DNA of 64,000 bases, taken from Cycas panzhihuaensis. Taxonomy: Eukaryota > Plantae > Cycadophyta. Position numbers and translations under genes: made by a program. The notes beneath the pieces were generated by a model that had not been told where the DNA came from, made no database searches, and worked only from the letters and a program-made list of their open reading frames with translations. The stretch lies in contig CM041465.1 of assembly GCA_023213395.1 (NCBI GenBank), positions 164,183,741-164,247,740 on the forward strand. Direction: 5' to 3'. Of the stretch, positions 11,758-31,292 are shown piece by piece (position 1 is the first letter of the stretch; every line of letters begins with the position of its first letter).

Positions 11758-14700
11758 ATGGCCCAAGAAGGTCAAAGAGAGGCAAATACTAAGGGAATAA
11801 AAGTGGAGTAGATTTAACAACCAAGAGATAGACCATATATAGATATTTTAAGGGCCATGTTAGAGATTGTGTTAGACTTATAAGAACAATTGAGGAGTTA
11901 TAAAGAAGACAATAAGAGGATCCTAAGGAACCATGATATTATACTTAATAACATCTAAAGGATGTTAGACCAAGAAAGGTCTAAAAGGGTTAGGAATATG
12001 AGGAGTAATGGACAAAGAAGTAGGTCTTAGGAATTCTCTACACAGGAGCATGAAAGTAGGAGAACTAGGAGGAGGACAAGAGACCTCAACTAAGAGCATT
12101 ATTCCTCTAGGAATCTATCCCCTAATAGAACCTCAAGATTAAGACCAAGATATGGAGAATAGAAAGAAAGGATATATGCACTTCAATATAAAATGAGAAA
12201 GGTGAAACCTCCTTCTTTTGATAGAGAAAGAAAAAATAAGGGTGATGTTCAAACTTGGTTACTGACTATTAAATTTTTTAAACTTAAATAATTTCTACTT
12301 TAATACGAAGGTAAGAATAATGGTTTATAATTTGAAAGGAAAGCATTCATGTAGTGGGATCATTATAAGTAAATAAAGGGTTTCTAAGAGAGAGACCTGA
12401 AATAGAGTAAGTTTATAAAATATTTTAAGCATAAGTATTTATCAGAATAGTACTATGATGAAAAAGTTAAGGCATTCCATGAATTAAAATAATAAAAGAG
12501 GATTATTGATGAGTATGAAAGGGAATTCATGGAGTTATTATAGTTTATCCCCTATATATAAGAAGAAAAGGTGAAGGTACATAGATTCCTTGATAGGTTA
12601 AATGAAGGGATGTAAAATAGAATTAAGACATTAGAACTAAAGACTCTAAAGGAGACCATTTAGAAGGTTATACATTCTGTGAGAGTTAATGGATGAGACC
12701 ACATGATAAGCTTGTGACTAAAAGGGAAAGAAACCAATGGAGTGAGGACTTCAAGGAAGAAATTTTAGACCTTAATGATTTGATAAGAGGTAAAATTTTT
12801 AATCCCTCATAAGATAACTAAAGTCTAAACTTACTAGTTGCTAACACCTCATAAAATTAAGCCATTAGAAGGTGTTATATATGTAATGAGTGAAGATATT
12901 TATTACCTAATGTGCCCAAAGAGCTAGTATAAGCAAAAAAGCACATAATATAGAAATAGAGCCTATTGTAGCAAACATAGTCAAGGATGTAAGGTAGATA
13001 TATATGCAAGTAAAAATTAAAGGAAGATAGGCTGACCGCTAATCTACAATGGTGTAAGTAGAAGATAAGATCATGGGTCACAACCCTACACTATTAATTG
13101 ACTCTAGTAACATCCATAATTTTATGTATCCTAGATTGACTAAGAAATGTAAACTCTAGATGCAATCACATACTAAGAAATAGATTGCTAATATGACAAA
13201 TGGCAGTAAATGGAGGGTGATAGAGTTCATAACTTTATGCCCTCTTGAGTGGAAAATATAGTCCACAAAAGTCACCTTTCAAATTCTACCACTAGGAGAC
13301 TATGATGCCATTATTGACATGGAATAGTTGGAAGTATATCATGTTAAACTTGACTATTCTAATAATCAAATTAAATGTTTAGATGATGAAGGGTAGCCAA
13401 TAGAATTATAGGGAAAGAAGATCACAACTTATATGAAGCAAATCTCTACTACCCAAGTAAAGAAGTGGTTGAGGAAAGGATATAAGGTATATGCAACCCA
13501 TATAACTAAAGAAGAAGCCCATAAGGAATTAGCTCTTGAAAATCTTTCTTTGGTAAAGGAATTTCAAGATGTTTTCCTAGATGAACTACCTAAGTTACTA
13601 ATCAAGAAAGATGTAGACTATATTATAGAGCTTGTCCCCAGAGAGGGGTTAGTTTCCAAGGCTCCATATAGGTTAGTCATAACTGAAATGACAAAATTAA
13701 AGATACAACTACAAGAGATATTGGACAAGGGGTTTATTAGACCTAGTGCATCACCATGGGGAGCTCCAGTATTATTTTTGAAGAAGAAGGAATGGTCTGT
13801 CAGGCTATACATTGATTATAAATAGCTAAACAAAGCTATTGTAAAGAATAAGTACCCATTACCCAGAATAGAGGACTTATTTGACCAGATGAGGAGAGCA
13901 ATAGTGTTTAAAAAAGTTGACTTAAGATATGGGCACTACTAAATCAATATTAAGGATAAAAGCATCTTCAAGACAATATTTAGAATGAGGTATGGCCATT
14001 ATAAATTTGTTGTGATGCCATTTGGTTTAATAAATATACCGATAACTTTTAAGTGCATGATGAATAATGTATTCAAATAGTACCTAAATAAGTTTGTGGT
14101 GGTTTTTATAGATGATATATTAATCTATTCTAAGATAAGAGAAAAATGCAAGGAGCACTTACAAATAGTATTACAATTATTGAGAGAGAAAAAGTTGTAT
14201 GCAAACTTTAGGAAGTGCATATTCTATAAGGAGTAGGTATACTACCTTGGGCATGCCATATCAACTCAATGTATCTCTATAGATCCCTAAAAAGTAAAAG
14301 AAATCATGGATTAGATATCCCCTTGCAATGTACAAGAGTTACACAACTTTGTAGAGCTTGTTAGGTATTACAAAAGGTATGTAAGAGACTCTTCCAAGAT
14401 TGTTGCCCTAATCACTTCTCTATAAAAGAAACATATTAATTTTATGTGGACTAATTTATATGAAGAAAGGTTTTAATTGCTTAGAAAAGCTCTTTACTTC
14501 AGTGCCCATTTTAATCATTTTAGACCTATATATAGACCTTTTTTATTTCCACTAATACTAACTTAGAGAGGCATAATGTTATTCTTATATAGGGTAGAAA
14601 AGTGGTAGTTTATGAGTCTATAAAGTTAAAAGTGTATGAAAAAAATTACTCTGTGTATGACCTTGGTCTCATAACAAACATTCATGTACTTAAGGTTTGG

Positions 14701-16355
14701 AAACCCTGTTTATTTTGGTGAAAATTTGATTTATGAATAAATCACAACAGTTTGTAACATATCTTTATATAGCCACAATTAAATCCTAGGCAACGTAGAT
14801 GGGTAGAATACATGAGTGAATTCGACTTTAAGTTGCAATATGTCAAAGTTAGCAAGAATAAGGTCATTAATTCCTTGAGTTAGAAACACTATGTTGATGC
14901 TATAAGTATGTTTAAGCTAGACATAATAAATTTTATTTTAAAGGATTATAAAGGAGGTGTATTTTATAGATAGACCAAAGATGTTTTGCAATAGCAAAAA
15001 GAGTGGTAAAATATAGGTGCCAAGTTACGAAGGAGGTTTCATAGGTTTGAAGAAATAAATGATGGTACCTTAGCATATCAACAAATAATTTATATGCTAA
15101 GTAGCTTAGAAATTAGAAAACTTATTTTACCTAAAGCCCACCAAATATATTATGCTAAATACCTAGGTTACAACAAGATATATGTTATTATAAAAGAGTA
15201 ATATTATTGGCTTGACATGAAGAGGGATGTTTTTACTTATGTAACAAAATGCTTGACATGCTAAAAGGTTAAAGTAAAATATGAATACCTCATTAAATAT
15301 AAGTGAAAAAAAAAATAATAGATTTATTACAAGCTTACTAAGAGGTACTAAATAACATGATGCAATTTATTTGTTGTGGACAAGCTAACCAAGTCTACAT
15401 ATTTCATGCTAGTATGCTCAACTACTATAATATCATACATTACTACAATCTTCATGATATATATTGCTAGATTACATGGAGTCCTAAATCTCATAGTTTC
15501 TGATAAGGATAGTAAATTCACCCCAAAATTTTAAAGATAATTCTTCCAAGAGTTGGGCATCAAACTATAATTTAGTACAACATACCATCTTGAGACAAAT
15601 AGGTAAACTAAGAGAGTGAGTCAAGTGTTAGACGATTTATTTAGGATGTATATTATAGAGTAAACTACAAATTGGGAGAAGTACTTGCATATAGAAGAAT
15701 TTATATATAATAACTCTTTCCATTCATCCTTGGGAGTAAGCCCATTTAAGGTTTTATATAGAAGGAGGTGTAATACACCTCTAAGTTGGAACAACTTGGA
15801 AGATAGGTATGTATTAGGTTTAAATATATTATAGGAAATAGAAATGCAAGTGATTAATATTAAGTAACAACTAATGTTAGTATAAGATAAGTAAAAAAGC
15901 TATATAGACCTAAAGCAAACAACCATGGAGTTCCAGGTTGGTGACAATGCATTCTTAAGGGTAAGGCCTAAACATATTTCCATAAGTTTGGGGACCTATA
16001 AAAAGCTTGCTCTAATATATTGCATTCTTTTTGAGACATTAGAAAGGGTAGGTTCTATTATAAACTTGCAGTCCTATCAAACATCTATGTACATAATATA
16101 TTTCATATCTCATTGCTTAAAAAATATGTGTCAGATTCAAAGCATATGTTAGACTAGAATAACTTAGTAGTAGAACCAAGTTTGGAGTTCAAAGGAAAGT
16201 CACTCAAGATTTTAGATAGTAAGGAAAAGGTATTAATAAGTATGATCATTAGGTAGGTTAAATCCTAATAGCAACATTTGACACTAGAAGAGACCACTTG
16301 GGAGTTAGAGGAACAGATAATGCAACAATACCTAAAACTATTTATAGCAAGATAA
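11758..16355 (+). pseudogene. Gypsy gag-pol (gag, protease, RT, RNase H, integrase, chromodomain), many stops; start approximate
   Basis: LIDSSNIHNF (protease); [52 protein letters not shown] (RT); VVDKLTKSTYF, IVSDKDSKF (INT); KILDSKEK...EETTWELEEQIMQQY (chromodomain). Confidence 0.93.
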
Positions 16356-16393
16356 ATGGCATCAAGATGATGTTTTCTTTAAGGGGAGGGGGA

Positions 16394-19300
16394 TGGAAAG
16401 ACCTAATCCAAAGGTGATCATCATTTGGCGCATGCTTCTACTTTCTTATGGTAGATTATTAGTTGTTTATACTTGTCCTTTTTTCTTCATCTTTCCTTAT
16501 CTTTTTTATCTTCTTCACTTTTCTTTATAACTTATATCAATGTAGTTTTTTATATTTCATACTATTACTCTTTATCCCATGTAAGGTAAAATCCAATCTA
16601 TTCCCTACTAGGTATGAGGTTGCATCACTTTATTTACTTATTCCTTATGAGATAGAAGTTTATTTCAAACTCCATCAAGTGTTAGGATGTACCATTTTGT
16701 GATTTTTAGGTAGGTAGTTTATTTATCTTAGTCATGTTATAGGGTGTTTGTATTTTGTGCTAACACTTTGCTTTGATGAAATATATTCATTTTGTTATAA
16801 CTTATATTAATATAGAAACCAACTCGATTACTTTTGAAGAATGAGATGGAGCAAATGATAGGAATGGAAGAAGAATAGAGGGGTAAGACTAGTTATAAGG
16901 TAAAAAATTGAGTTTTATAAGCACATTTGAGATAATAGTGTTTGGTTGACATACATAATTTACATAGGGGAGTCTCCATCAAGTGAAATAAAAGACTTAT
17001 ACACTTCCAATGACTAGTGGATAACTAGAAATAAACATCAAATAACTAAGATATGCAAGTCTAAAGTTATACAAATGACTAATAGGTAGTTTACCAAAGG
17101 GTAAATTTAAACTTAAAGGCCATTTTCTATAGAAATTATATATTGTATACTTTAAAATTAAAATTTTAAGTTTAGTTTGAATTAAAGAGGGGATCAAGAA
17201 CTATCTAATGAGTGGTAGAAGTCCCAAAGCAGATATTATATGAGAAAGTTATGGTAGTTTAAAGTTATGAGATTTAAACTTCACTATTTATAGAAATGTA
17301 ATAACCCACTAAGTTAGTGAGTTTGAAGGGTATAATATTTATCTTTGTATAACTATTCCATAATAAAGAGCATGTTGAGATCTTTCCAATGAGTGGTGGA
17401 ACTCTTAAATCAGACATTAGATGAGAAAATTATAATTACTTGAAATTAAGTTTTTGAACTAAATTTTTATAAAAATCTCGTAGTTTTATCATAAACATAG
17501 GGAGAGTCTATGTAAAAAAGGCCCACGTGAGGAATGTCCATGTGGGAGAAGCCCATATGGAAAAGGCCCATGTAGAAGAAGTCTACTAGGGTAAGGTCTA
17601 TGTAAGAGAAGCCCAACTAAGGAAGGCCCATGCAGAAGAAGTCTATACGGAAGAGTTCCTATAAGGAAAAGTCCTACATAGAAGGGTCCATAAGGAAGAG
17701 TTCCACAAAAAGGAGTTCATGCAAAAGAAGAGTTTGTAGGAAGAAATTGTGCAAAACAAGAGCTTGTAAGAAAGTGAAATGTAAAGACAAGTCCCTCAAA
17801 ATCTACACTTTATAAAAAATGGTACAACTCTCTAAATATTTTGTTGTTTTTTGTGTTCCACCTATAAATTCAAAGCTCCTTAAAAGGAATACACATCTAT
17901 GTAAAAGGATTTTATACTGAATAAATATTTAAGATAATATTTTTAAATTTTATAATTAAACTTACTCAAATGAGTGAAATTAATCTTAGATAGCTTCCTA
18001 TTATTTTAATGATACCTCACTCGTCTAAAGTCAGAATTGGATGATTCTAGTTGTGATACAATGCTTATTTAAAGGAGCTCATCCATATATAGTTAAATTT
18101 AATTATAAATACCTGTGGAGTATTTCCATTTGCCTAAAATAAAAAAAAAATAGTATAGAAATATAAAGAATAGTTAACACACTCCTAGAGTTTTCTTTAT
18201 AATTTTCTGCTAGTTAACAAAATTTTGTCAAATTAATCTTTTTAGAATAATAATAAAAGTATCTTAACACTTGGATAAGTCGAGGTGATTAAAGGTCTCT
18301 CCACGTCAAAATATTCTAGGAAAAATAAGTAGTGGGTTATTAATAGTTAAGATTAGAATCCATTCTTGGCAACCACCAAGTGTGATATTCTAACCGCTAA
18401 GTCCCACAACTTGCATTCAATATTAATGATAATTGGGTAAAACACTGAATATAAGAAAAAGGATAACCTAGAGAGAGAGGAAGATAGAGGGAATTATCAA
18501 GAAGGTAGAGAAAGAGTTATAAGAAGAGGGTTAAGTGAAATAAAGGCACTTTAGAGAGTTTTGGTATATTTATGCAATAAGATTGCCAAAGAATATATTG
18601 ACTTTTAGAGTAAAAGCTTACTTTAACCTATGTATTGGTTGCACACTATTAGTGAGCTATCTCATTCTTGTTAAAAGGTATACTTGATATATTTCAGAGC
18701 CTTATGAGTATGTTACAATACTAATCTCCTTGGATTGCTATTATTAGGTGTAATATCTTCTTATAAGATAGGATTGAGTTAGTTTCTCCCCTATGCCTTA
18801 TTATTGATTGGTGTTTTGTAAGGTAGTTGAATGGTTGCTCCTCCTTAATGTTTGGTTGAGTAGGTACTTTTAATTGGTTGCTCTCCATAAGCTCATTATA
18901 TGCATGGTGTTGAGTTGGTTACTCCACTTGCAGGTCATTTAAAAACAAGGGTCTTGTGTAGTTGCTCCCTTTGAACTCAATTGCACTCTATAAGTTTATG
19001 GTGGATACATGGCATAATAAGGTAGTCCTTCAAGATTATATTTATAAGGATCTCTAAGTGTCTTGATATTACTGGTCTACTTAGAATAAGAAATATCATT
19101 TGAGAGGAAATGATTAGTATTATGTGAGATTAATGATACTTTAAGCAAAGGTATTCTTACATATAATAGTGGCAACTTTGAGTCAACTTCTTATATTATA
19201 AAGTTTTATATAAAAGGTTTTGATATATCCATTGTTAAGGAAACTTATAAAGGGTTGTGTGAAGAGTGAAAAACTAATATTCCTATATTCATATCATCTG

Positions 19301-19761
19301 CTTTAGCCTAGGGGCACTTTCCTATGTAGGATTATGGATGATTAGGATGTGAATCCTTCAGTTGTAATCTTGTTAGCCAACTCCATTCCTCGCATGTCAT
19401 AGGCATAATATTTTTATGATGAGTTAAATATGGTATGGAATGTTGTATTCTTAAATAGATATTTAGTTATAGATTATGGTAAATTACTACATGAATACTT
19501 GGTTATAGTTACTTGTAATTCTCACATGATTCTTGATTACAACAAAAGAGATCTTATATATAAATATTAAGTACCTTTCTTACTTGGGTTTACATGCATT
19601 CTTGGATGTTTATTCCACTATGTATTACTCTCACAAAAGCCTTCATAAATTTAATATTGGTATATAGTTTGGTGCTAAAATTTCTTAAAATACTTAGTAA
19701 ATTACCATTGTGTCTTTATCACAGTGTGTGTAAGTTTGTCAAGGTTGGTTGGGTTGTTACA
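16394..19761 (+). repeat. Gypsy 3' LTR (~3.37 kb, TG...CA)
   Basis: Starts TG after the PPT, ends gttgttaca; homologous to 8402-11562. Confidence 0.92.
17498..17775 (+). repeat. Degenerate ~18 bp minisatellite in the gypsy 3' LTR
   Basis: aaggcccatg(t/c)agaag-like units at the position equivalent to 9285-9625. Confidence 0.85.
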
Positions 19762-24760
<4,999 letters not shown>

Positions 24761-27119
24761 TTGAATAGAAGGGGTGTTTTTGCTATTAGAACTTTGAAAA
24801 ATCTCTATTTTGATATAAAAAGCTAAGTGTTAGGTTGTTAGGATACTTACATCTCACTATTTTATGGGCCATTTTTTATCCATAAAGGACAAGTATTCCA
24901 AAGTTTGATCATATCATAAAGGTGTTTTAGATGATGAGGAAGCTAGATATGATTTCAAATCTAAATTCCATTAAGTCATTGAGAAGATATATGTGTTTGA
25001 AGGTCCATATCTTATTGTCATTGCCATGTTATTTAATGCACACTATATTTGATAAATTTTATTAAATCTAAGTTTTAAAACATTAGAGAATCATATTTAA
25101 GTATTTTAAAGATTTGGATGAAGTCCACCTACTCCCTAGGAGGATATATAGGGTATTTAAAGTGACCAGGAGCCAAGTTGAAAGGGTCCTAAAACTTGAT
25201 TTTTCATCTTTTTTCATTTTAAAAAGACACGTTCTTACTAAAATGATGATATCTCCCATATATGATATCATAATTTAATTTTGTCAATTGCATTGGAAAA
25301 ATGACTTGTGGGGCTTTATAATAAGTGGTTATATAATATATTTTGGATATTTTTTAGGGTAGTTTTAATGGATTGATCTCTAACTTTAGTTTGGAAGGTA
25401 GTTTATGAGCTAAAATTAGAGTTTGTTCTTGGGAAAGAAATGGTTTATCATATGTTTTTTCCTTAAAGAATCATTTATATGGGTCTTTTCCATGATGCAG
25501 TAGATGGGGCTATGGCGTTTTTGCTTGGTTTTCTATTGGAGGTGTGATCTTAATTAGGAGAGACTAAAAATAGTCATGATGGAAGTATGAAATGTTATTT
25601 GGAAGGTAAGTGTTAGTTAATCATATATACAAAGGCCATTTTAGAGGATTGGCTTTGGTAGATGTTTAGATTTTATATAGACCTTGTATCATATTTGAAG
25701 TGGTTGCATGATAGGGATTAAATATTAAGGGAAGAATGTTGGATAATGTCTAAGCCATATTCTTGTAAAATTGGTGGTTTCCCTCTTTGATATGTACTAA
25801 AGGATTGTAATCCACATACTTCTTCATGAATGAGGTCATTGGTTAACAAAGTAGATCTTAATTGATAATTAGATAGCCATGAGGCAGTATATGTCTATAA
25901 ATGTGTATTGATTCTTTATAATACAATTTGGAGGTGATCATTTCCTATAAGTATACTACATTTGTGTGTTTATATATATTTGTTTATTTATTTGGTCACC
26001 TATATTGATTCATAGTTCATAGTTTTGATTGTATATTTGGTTATATATTTTTAACTTAGTATTAAATCTATCATCCCAAGTGTATATTTTTAACAACTAT
26101 TTTATATTATTCCTCTTAAGGTTTTCACCTTAGGGCATCTGGAATTTCTTGTTTTAAAAATATGGGTGTATTAGCACCCAATGAAATATTTACTCCTATG
26201 GTAGACTTGTTTGTAGTATAACCTAAGATTAAACCTTAGACTTCCATTCCTTGGATTCTTTAGAGTGGGTTTATTTTCAATACAATTATTATTTAAGATT
26301 CTAGAGTTAGTTATCCCACAAATCTTATCAAATTTAACCATGTTCCAATTGAACTTTTCTTGAAATTTGTTATAATTTCTATAGTATCAAATCCTAATAT
26401 CTCTTGAGTTTGTAGATATTTGAGTAAAATTTCTTATCTGGGGTCTTTATTTATCGCACTTATCAATAATGAAACTGGTATATGTCCTCAATGGAATGCT
26501 CATAAAATCAATATAACATGGAGAAAAGAGACATAGAACATAATGATTTATGAAGCAACTTCATATTACTAAGTATATATGTATAAGTTGGAATATGTAC
26601 TTAGTCCTTTCACAACTAGGTATAACCTCGAAGCAATAAGATTATAATCAAATAGATAAAGTTAAGAGGAAAAAGATTATTACAGTAAATGACAAAAAGA
26701 AAATCCTTATATCTAATGTCATCTTTCTCCTTTGTATTACAATAGTACAAATATTATGGAAAGATAATTATAGTAAATGTTTTCCACTAATAAAATAATT
26801 ACAACAAATGTGAACATAAGTCAATTTCAAAAAGGCCCTTGGTGAGTTTATTCTATTCATGTCAATAATTGTTCAATCATAATCTAGTTTTTATTAGTTG
26901 ACTAGATTGTGATCTAAGACTATGCCGATTATAATCTACTTTTTATTAAAGAGAATGATCACAATTTAAAACTAAATTGATCACAATCCACTTTTTAATA
27001 GAATATATAATTGCAATCTAAATATAAAATATCATGATGTAACTACTTTCAACTGAATTATGTTCTAAAGCCATTCCTACCTGCACACACTCCTTAATTG
27101 GAATAATTCCTTTTAAGGC

Positions 27120-27734
27120 CATATATGGATATGATTCCATAATTTCTCTTGAATTGAATATATAAATTTATATAGTAAAGTCATAAGTTTCTTTAGAAAT
27201 GCTCTAAGAAATGTAGTAGGAATTGGGCATTTGCAAGAAAACATTGAAAAGGTGTAAGCTATTACAAAGTTATATGTAGATAAGAATAGAATGCCTAGAA
27301 CATTCAATGTTAGGGATAAGGTATACTTAAGGGTAAAAAAAAGTTATATCCTATCAATTGGTAAATATAATAAATTATCCCTAAGATATTATGGCCCATT
27401 TACGATCTTAGAGAAAATAAATATTATGACATATAAGCTACAATTACCATTGCATATTAAAATACATCTAGTTTTCCATGTCAACTTTCTTAAAAAGACA
27501 TTCTTTAAATTTGACAATAAAATGCTGACTAATATGGATGTTTATAAAATAGAATAAATATCAAATGAACCAATTTAAATACTAGATATAATAACTAGAA
27601 AGTTGAGAAATAAAGATACAATAAAATATTTAACTAATTAGTCAAATAAACCAATAGAAAAAGAAGCATTAGAATTAAATACTTTTACAAAGGTAGGCCT
27701 CATCAAGCATGATGATTTCCCTTAAGAGGGTATA
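27120..27734 (+). pseudogene. Gypsy integrase C-terminus (GPF) plus chromodomain remnant and PPT-like tract
   Basis: FNVRDKVYLR...KLSLRYYGPFTILEKIN..TYKLQLP..IKIHLVFHVNFLKK; EPI*ILDI.TRKLRNKDTIKYL; cttaagaggg. Confidence 0.85.
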
Positions 27735-29855
27735 TGATGTGAGATCATTTAGACCATCATCACAACTTAAACCACTTTTTACTTTTTAGTCATTTTCTCT
27801 AAATTTTAGATTCTACCAATCAAAGCATAACGTTTTACTTGGTGGCCAGAATTTAGTTATTCTTATGCCAAAATGAAGGTCAATATGAGTAGAATAGGTG
27901 AAAATGACTTACAAATAGGTTGAAGGCCCCATTGTAGGCCCATAATTTTTTAATAAAAAAACATTCTAAAAATGCCTAAAAATTGAGATTTATTTTGTAT
28001 GTCTAAAAATAGTAGTTAATTTTCACTTTTATATAATAACCCTTAGTTGTCTAGTTTTTCTTAATAGGACTTAACTTAGAAATGTGATTTTTATTTTGTA
28101 TTTTAGATAACTAAAGAGTTTTTAGCTTTAGGGTTAGAATCTTTTACACTTTTTGCTTTCACCTATATAAATATAATTTTAGACTATCTTTTAGCAAATG
28201 AAATGAAATTGAATAGAATTAGAAGTAAAATGATTCCTCATATTCTTTGGCTCTTTCTTATTTTAAGTTTGCATGTATGAGATTATATGTTTTCCTTATG
28301 AAGCATCCTCATCATTTAGTATTAGAGAGTGGTTTAGCTCCAGGGTTGAAGGAAAATAAAACTATAGAAGTTTGAGGTATTGAGACATGTATTTATTGAA
28401 GAAACTACATAAGGGGCAGAGGATTCTTATTAAAAGGGTAAGGAAGTGCTCATTGGATCTTAGGAGCCTTATAAAAAGTTCATAAGAGAAGTTTTAGTGC
28501 CTAAAGAGAGTAGTTAAAAATTATAAGAAGAGGAGGAAGAGTAAAGTATTCTAAAATAAACAAAAACCTATAGGAGCTGTAAAGAATAATAGAAGAACTT
28601 GCTACTATAGTATTAAGATGAAGGTATGAAGGAAATATAAGTGAAGAAGAGGCATTGAGTGATGGTGGTAAAAGATTAGAAGATGGAAATCCATAAAAAC
28701 CATAGATAATGGAAGAAAGATTCTTAAAAGTGCTTGGGGATAAGAGTGATAGAGTTAAACTTAACATTCTAGACCACCAGGAGAACTTAATACCAATGGA
28801 GCTAGTAGACTGGTTAAATGCCATAGATAAGCCCTTTGAATGGAAGGGCATGACTAAAGAAAATAAGATAAAATTTGCATACATGAAGTTAAAGAGTCAT
28901 GCAACTATTTGGTAGGATCACTTACAAAAGGAGAGGATGAAGAAAGGTAAAGAAAATATCAAAACATGGACCAAACTAGTTAAAAAGTTAAAAGAAAATT
29001 TCTTATCAATCAATTATTCTCAGATCCTCTTTAGAAAGTTCCATAACTTAAAGTAGAAAGAAATTATAGTGTAAAACTACACTAATGAGTTCTATAAGCT
29101 TTTTATTTATTTGGAGTATTAGGACATAGATGAACAAGTTACTATAACGTATATAAATGGTTTAAACTTTTTAATTCAGAATAAACTTAGCATGCATAGA
29201 GTTAAAAGTATGGAAGATACGTATTAATTAATATTAAGGGTAAAAGAGAGGAAAAATATACATGCTACTCAAAGTCCCTTTATGATGAGAAGAGGTTCAT
29301 CACCTTTATACAAAGGTAGAGGAGGAATCCCCTATGTGAGGGGAGAATCATCTAATAGAATGGAATAATAAGAAGAAGAGAGGCAAGGTAGAATGCAAGG
29401 AGGAGGAGGAACTCATAACCAACTCAAGGGAAGAGGATTTCTAAGGGCCTAAGGGAGTAGATGTTTTGGTGATGGAAGAGGATGGAGGAGACCTTTTGTT
29501 TATTTTAAATGTGGGGAAGAATGATATAGGGCATTTGAATGCCCTTATCACTACGAGGAATAATCCCAAAGGCAGGTAGAGCATCTAAGGGTGAACTTGG
29601 TCTAAAATAAAGATGGTAATTTTAGATGAATATGAGAGATTAATGCTTCAAATAACTATGATAGCACCAAGATGACAACCCATACAAGATAAAAGAAAGG
29701 TGAAGATGGATGATGATTCATGGTTGTAAACTAATACTTTTAGAACAAGATGTACCATGGGAGGAAAGGTATAAACAGTTATATTCCTTGGCTCTTTCTT
29801 GTTTTAAGTTTATATATGTAAGATTGAATGTTTTCCTTATATATCATCCTCATCA
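27735..29855 (+). mobile_element. CRM-like gypsy element, internally deleted (LTR-PBS-gag joined to the last ~76 bp of a second LTR)
   Basis: LTR 27735-28314 with TGATG...CATCA ends; PBS-like tagtattagag 28317-28327; gag; 29780-29855 repeats 28240-28314. Confidence 0.8.
28500..29775 (+). pseudogene. CRM-type gag with zinc knuckle, broken at the start of the protease region
   Basis: ELVDWLNAIDKPFEWKGM..KIKFAYMKLKSHATIW*DHLQKERMKKGKENIKTW; YFKCGEE*YRAFECP; FRTRCTMGGKV. Confidence 0.85.
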
Positions 29856-31292
29856 ATGTGGAGAGAACATACATTATAGGAGGGAATTTCATCCCTAGTA
29901 TAACTTCAAAGAGTTTAACCATAAAAAGTCAAAAATCAATTATGAAAAGTGGTGCACAAGAGGAGAAGATTAAAAGTGGTGCTCAAGTGGTGGCTTCTTA
30001 TTAGATAATTAAAAAAAAGCTTCAAATAGAAGACTCCTCCTCTAGTTGTCTAAGAGAAGGATCCTTTAAATTTTTCTCCTATATGAGAATATGTTAATTA
30101 AGGCAAATGACCATATCATCCCAAGGATGAAAAGACAATTAGGGTAAAGAATATGTAGAGAAGGTATAGAGAAGCCAAGCTAAATAAAGCAGTCTTCATC
30201 AAATCTTTCATATCTCATCAACAATGGAGACTACCAAGGTTCATAGGAGAAGGGCTAAGCTACCTCAAATTTATATTTTGGTAATTAATATTTTCCATTT
30301 TCCTCTCTCTTATTCCATTAAAATGTTAAGGACAAATGAACATAGATTCAAAGTTTGATTAATTAGAGTAAAAGATAAATATTTATAGAAGGGAGTCCAC
30401 AAGGCCATAATATGGGACTATATAGCCTTGTTGTAGTTATACGACTATGTGCAAGTCCATATAGGATCATACTATACCAAGTGGGACCCATGTAAAATTT
30501 TTGATGTAAATTATAAAATTTGATTACCAAGCTAAAATTAACTTTAGACATACAAGAATGACATGAAAATAGTATTAAAAGATTATGTATGGATACATAC
30601 ATAATGGTTGCATGGCCTATTTTGTATATAGATTATATGACTACATTAATGGAAACATTTAAGACATGTAAATCAAAGACTCTACTTGTTGAAGAATATG
30701 TAGAAATTAGTTTACATGTACTAGTAGAAATTTGGTATGTTAAGAATGAATAACATTAGGAAAGTAGATTTGGATGGGTATACAAGTGTATACATAGTGG
30801 CCACATAGTCTATTATGTATATATTCTATATGACAACCTCTAAAATGCTAAAAAATAAGATTATAGAATGCATTATAGCTTAGAACTAAAATTTGGAATT
30901 TATATTTACATTGATCCATGATGAAATTTTATATGTTGAATGCATGAGTGTATTTATAGTATACATACTCACTAAATGATACACGATTATAAATAAATAC
31001 ATCTAAATAATAGATGGAAATAAGAAGGTACCCATGCATACTAGAGATTATTGTATTAAGTGAAAAACCCATGCATTAATTCTATGTTGGATTAAAAGTA
31101 TATCATTAAAGCATATAATAAATGAATATCTCTATGCATAAGTGCCATAATAATTAGATTCATTTTAAAATTATGGCAATGATATTGATATTGGTTTAAT
31201 TTTAATGATTTTAGTTGTTAAGCCTGGCTAGGAATATGTTTCCTTATATATTTTACTTGTAATAGGCTTGGCCCTATCACCCCTTCAAGATT

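Larger units (their letters stand above)
8402..19761 (+). mobile_element. Ty3/gypsy chromovirus (Tekay/Del-like), degenerate; first ~250 bp of the 5' LTR displaced by the copia insertion
   Basis: Two homologous long LTRs, PBS tggtattggagcc 11565-11577, gag-PR-RT-RH-INT-chromodomain order, PPT aaggggaggggga 16381-16393. Confidence 0.95.
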
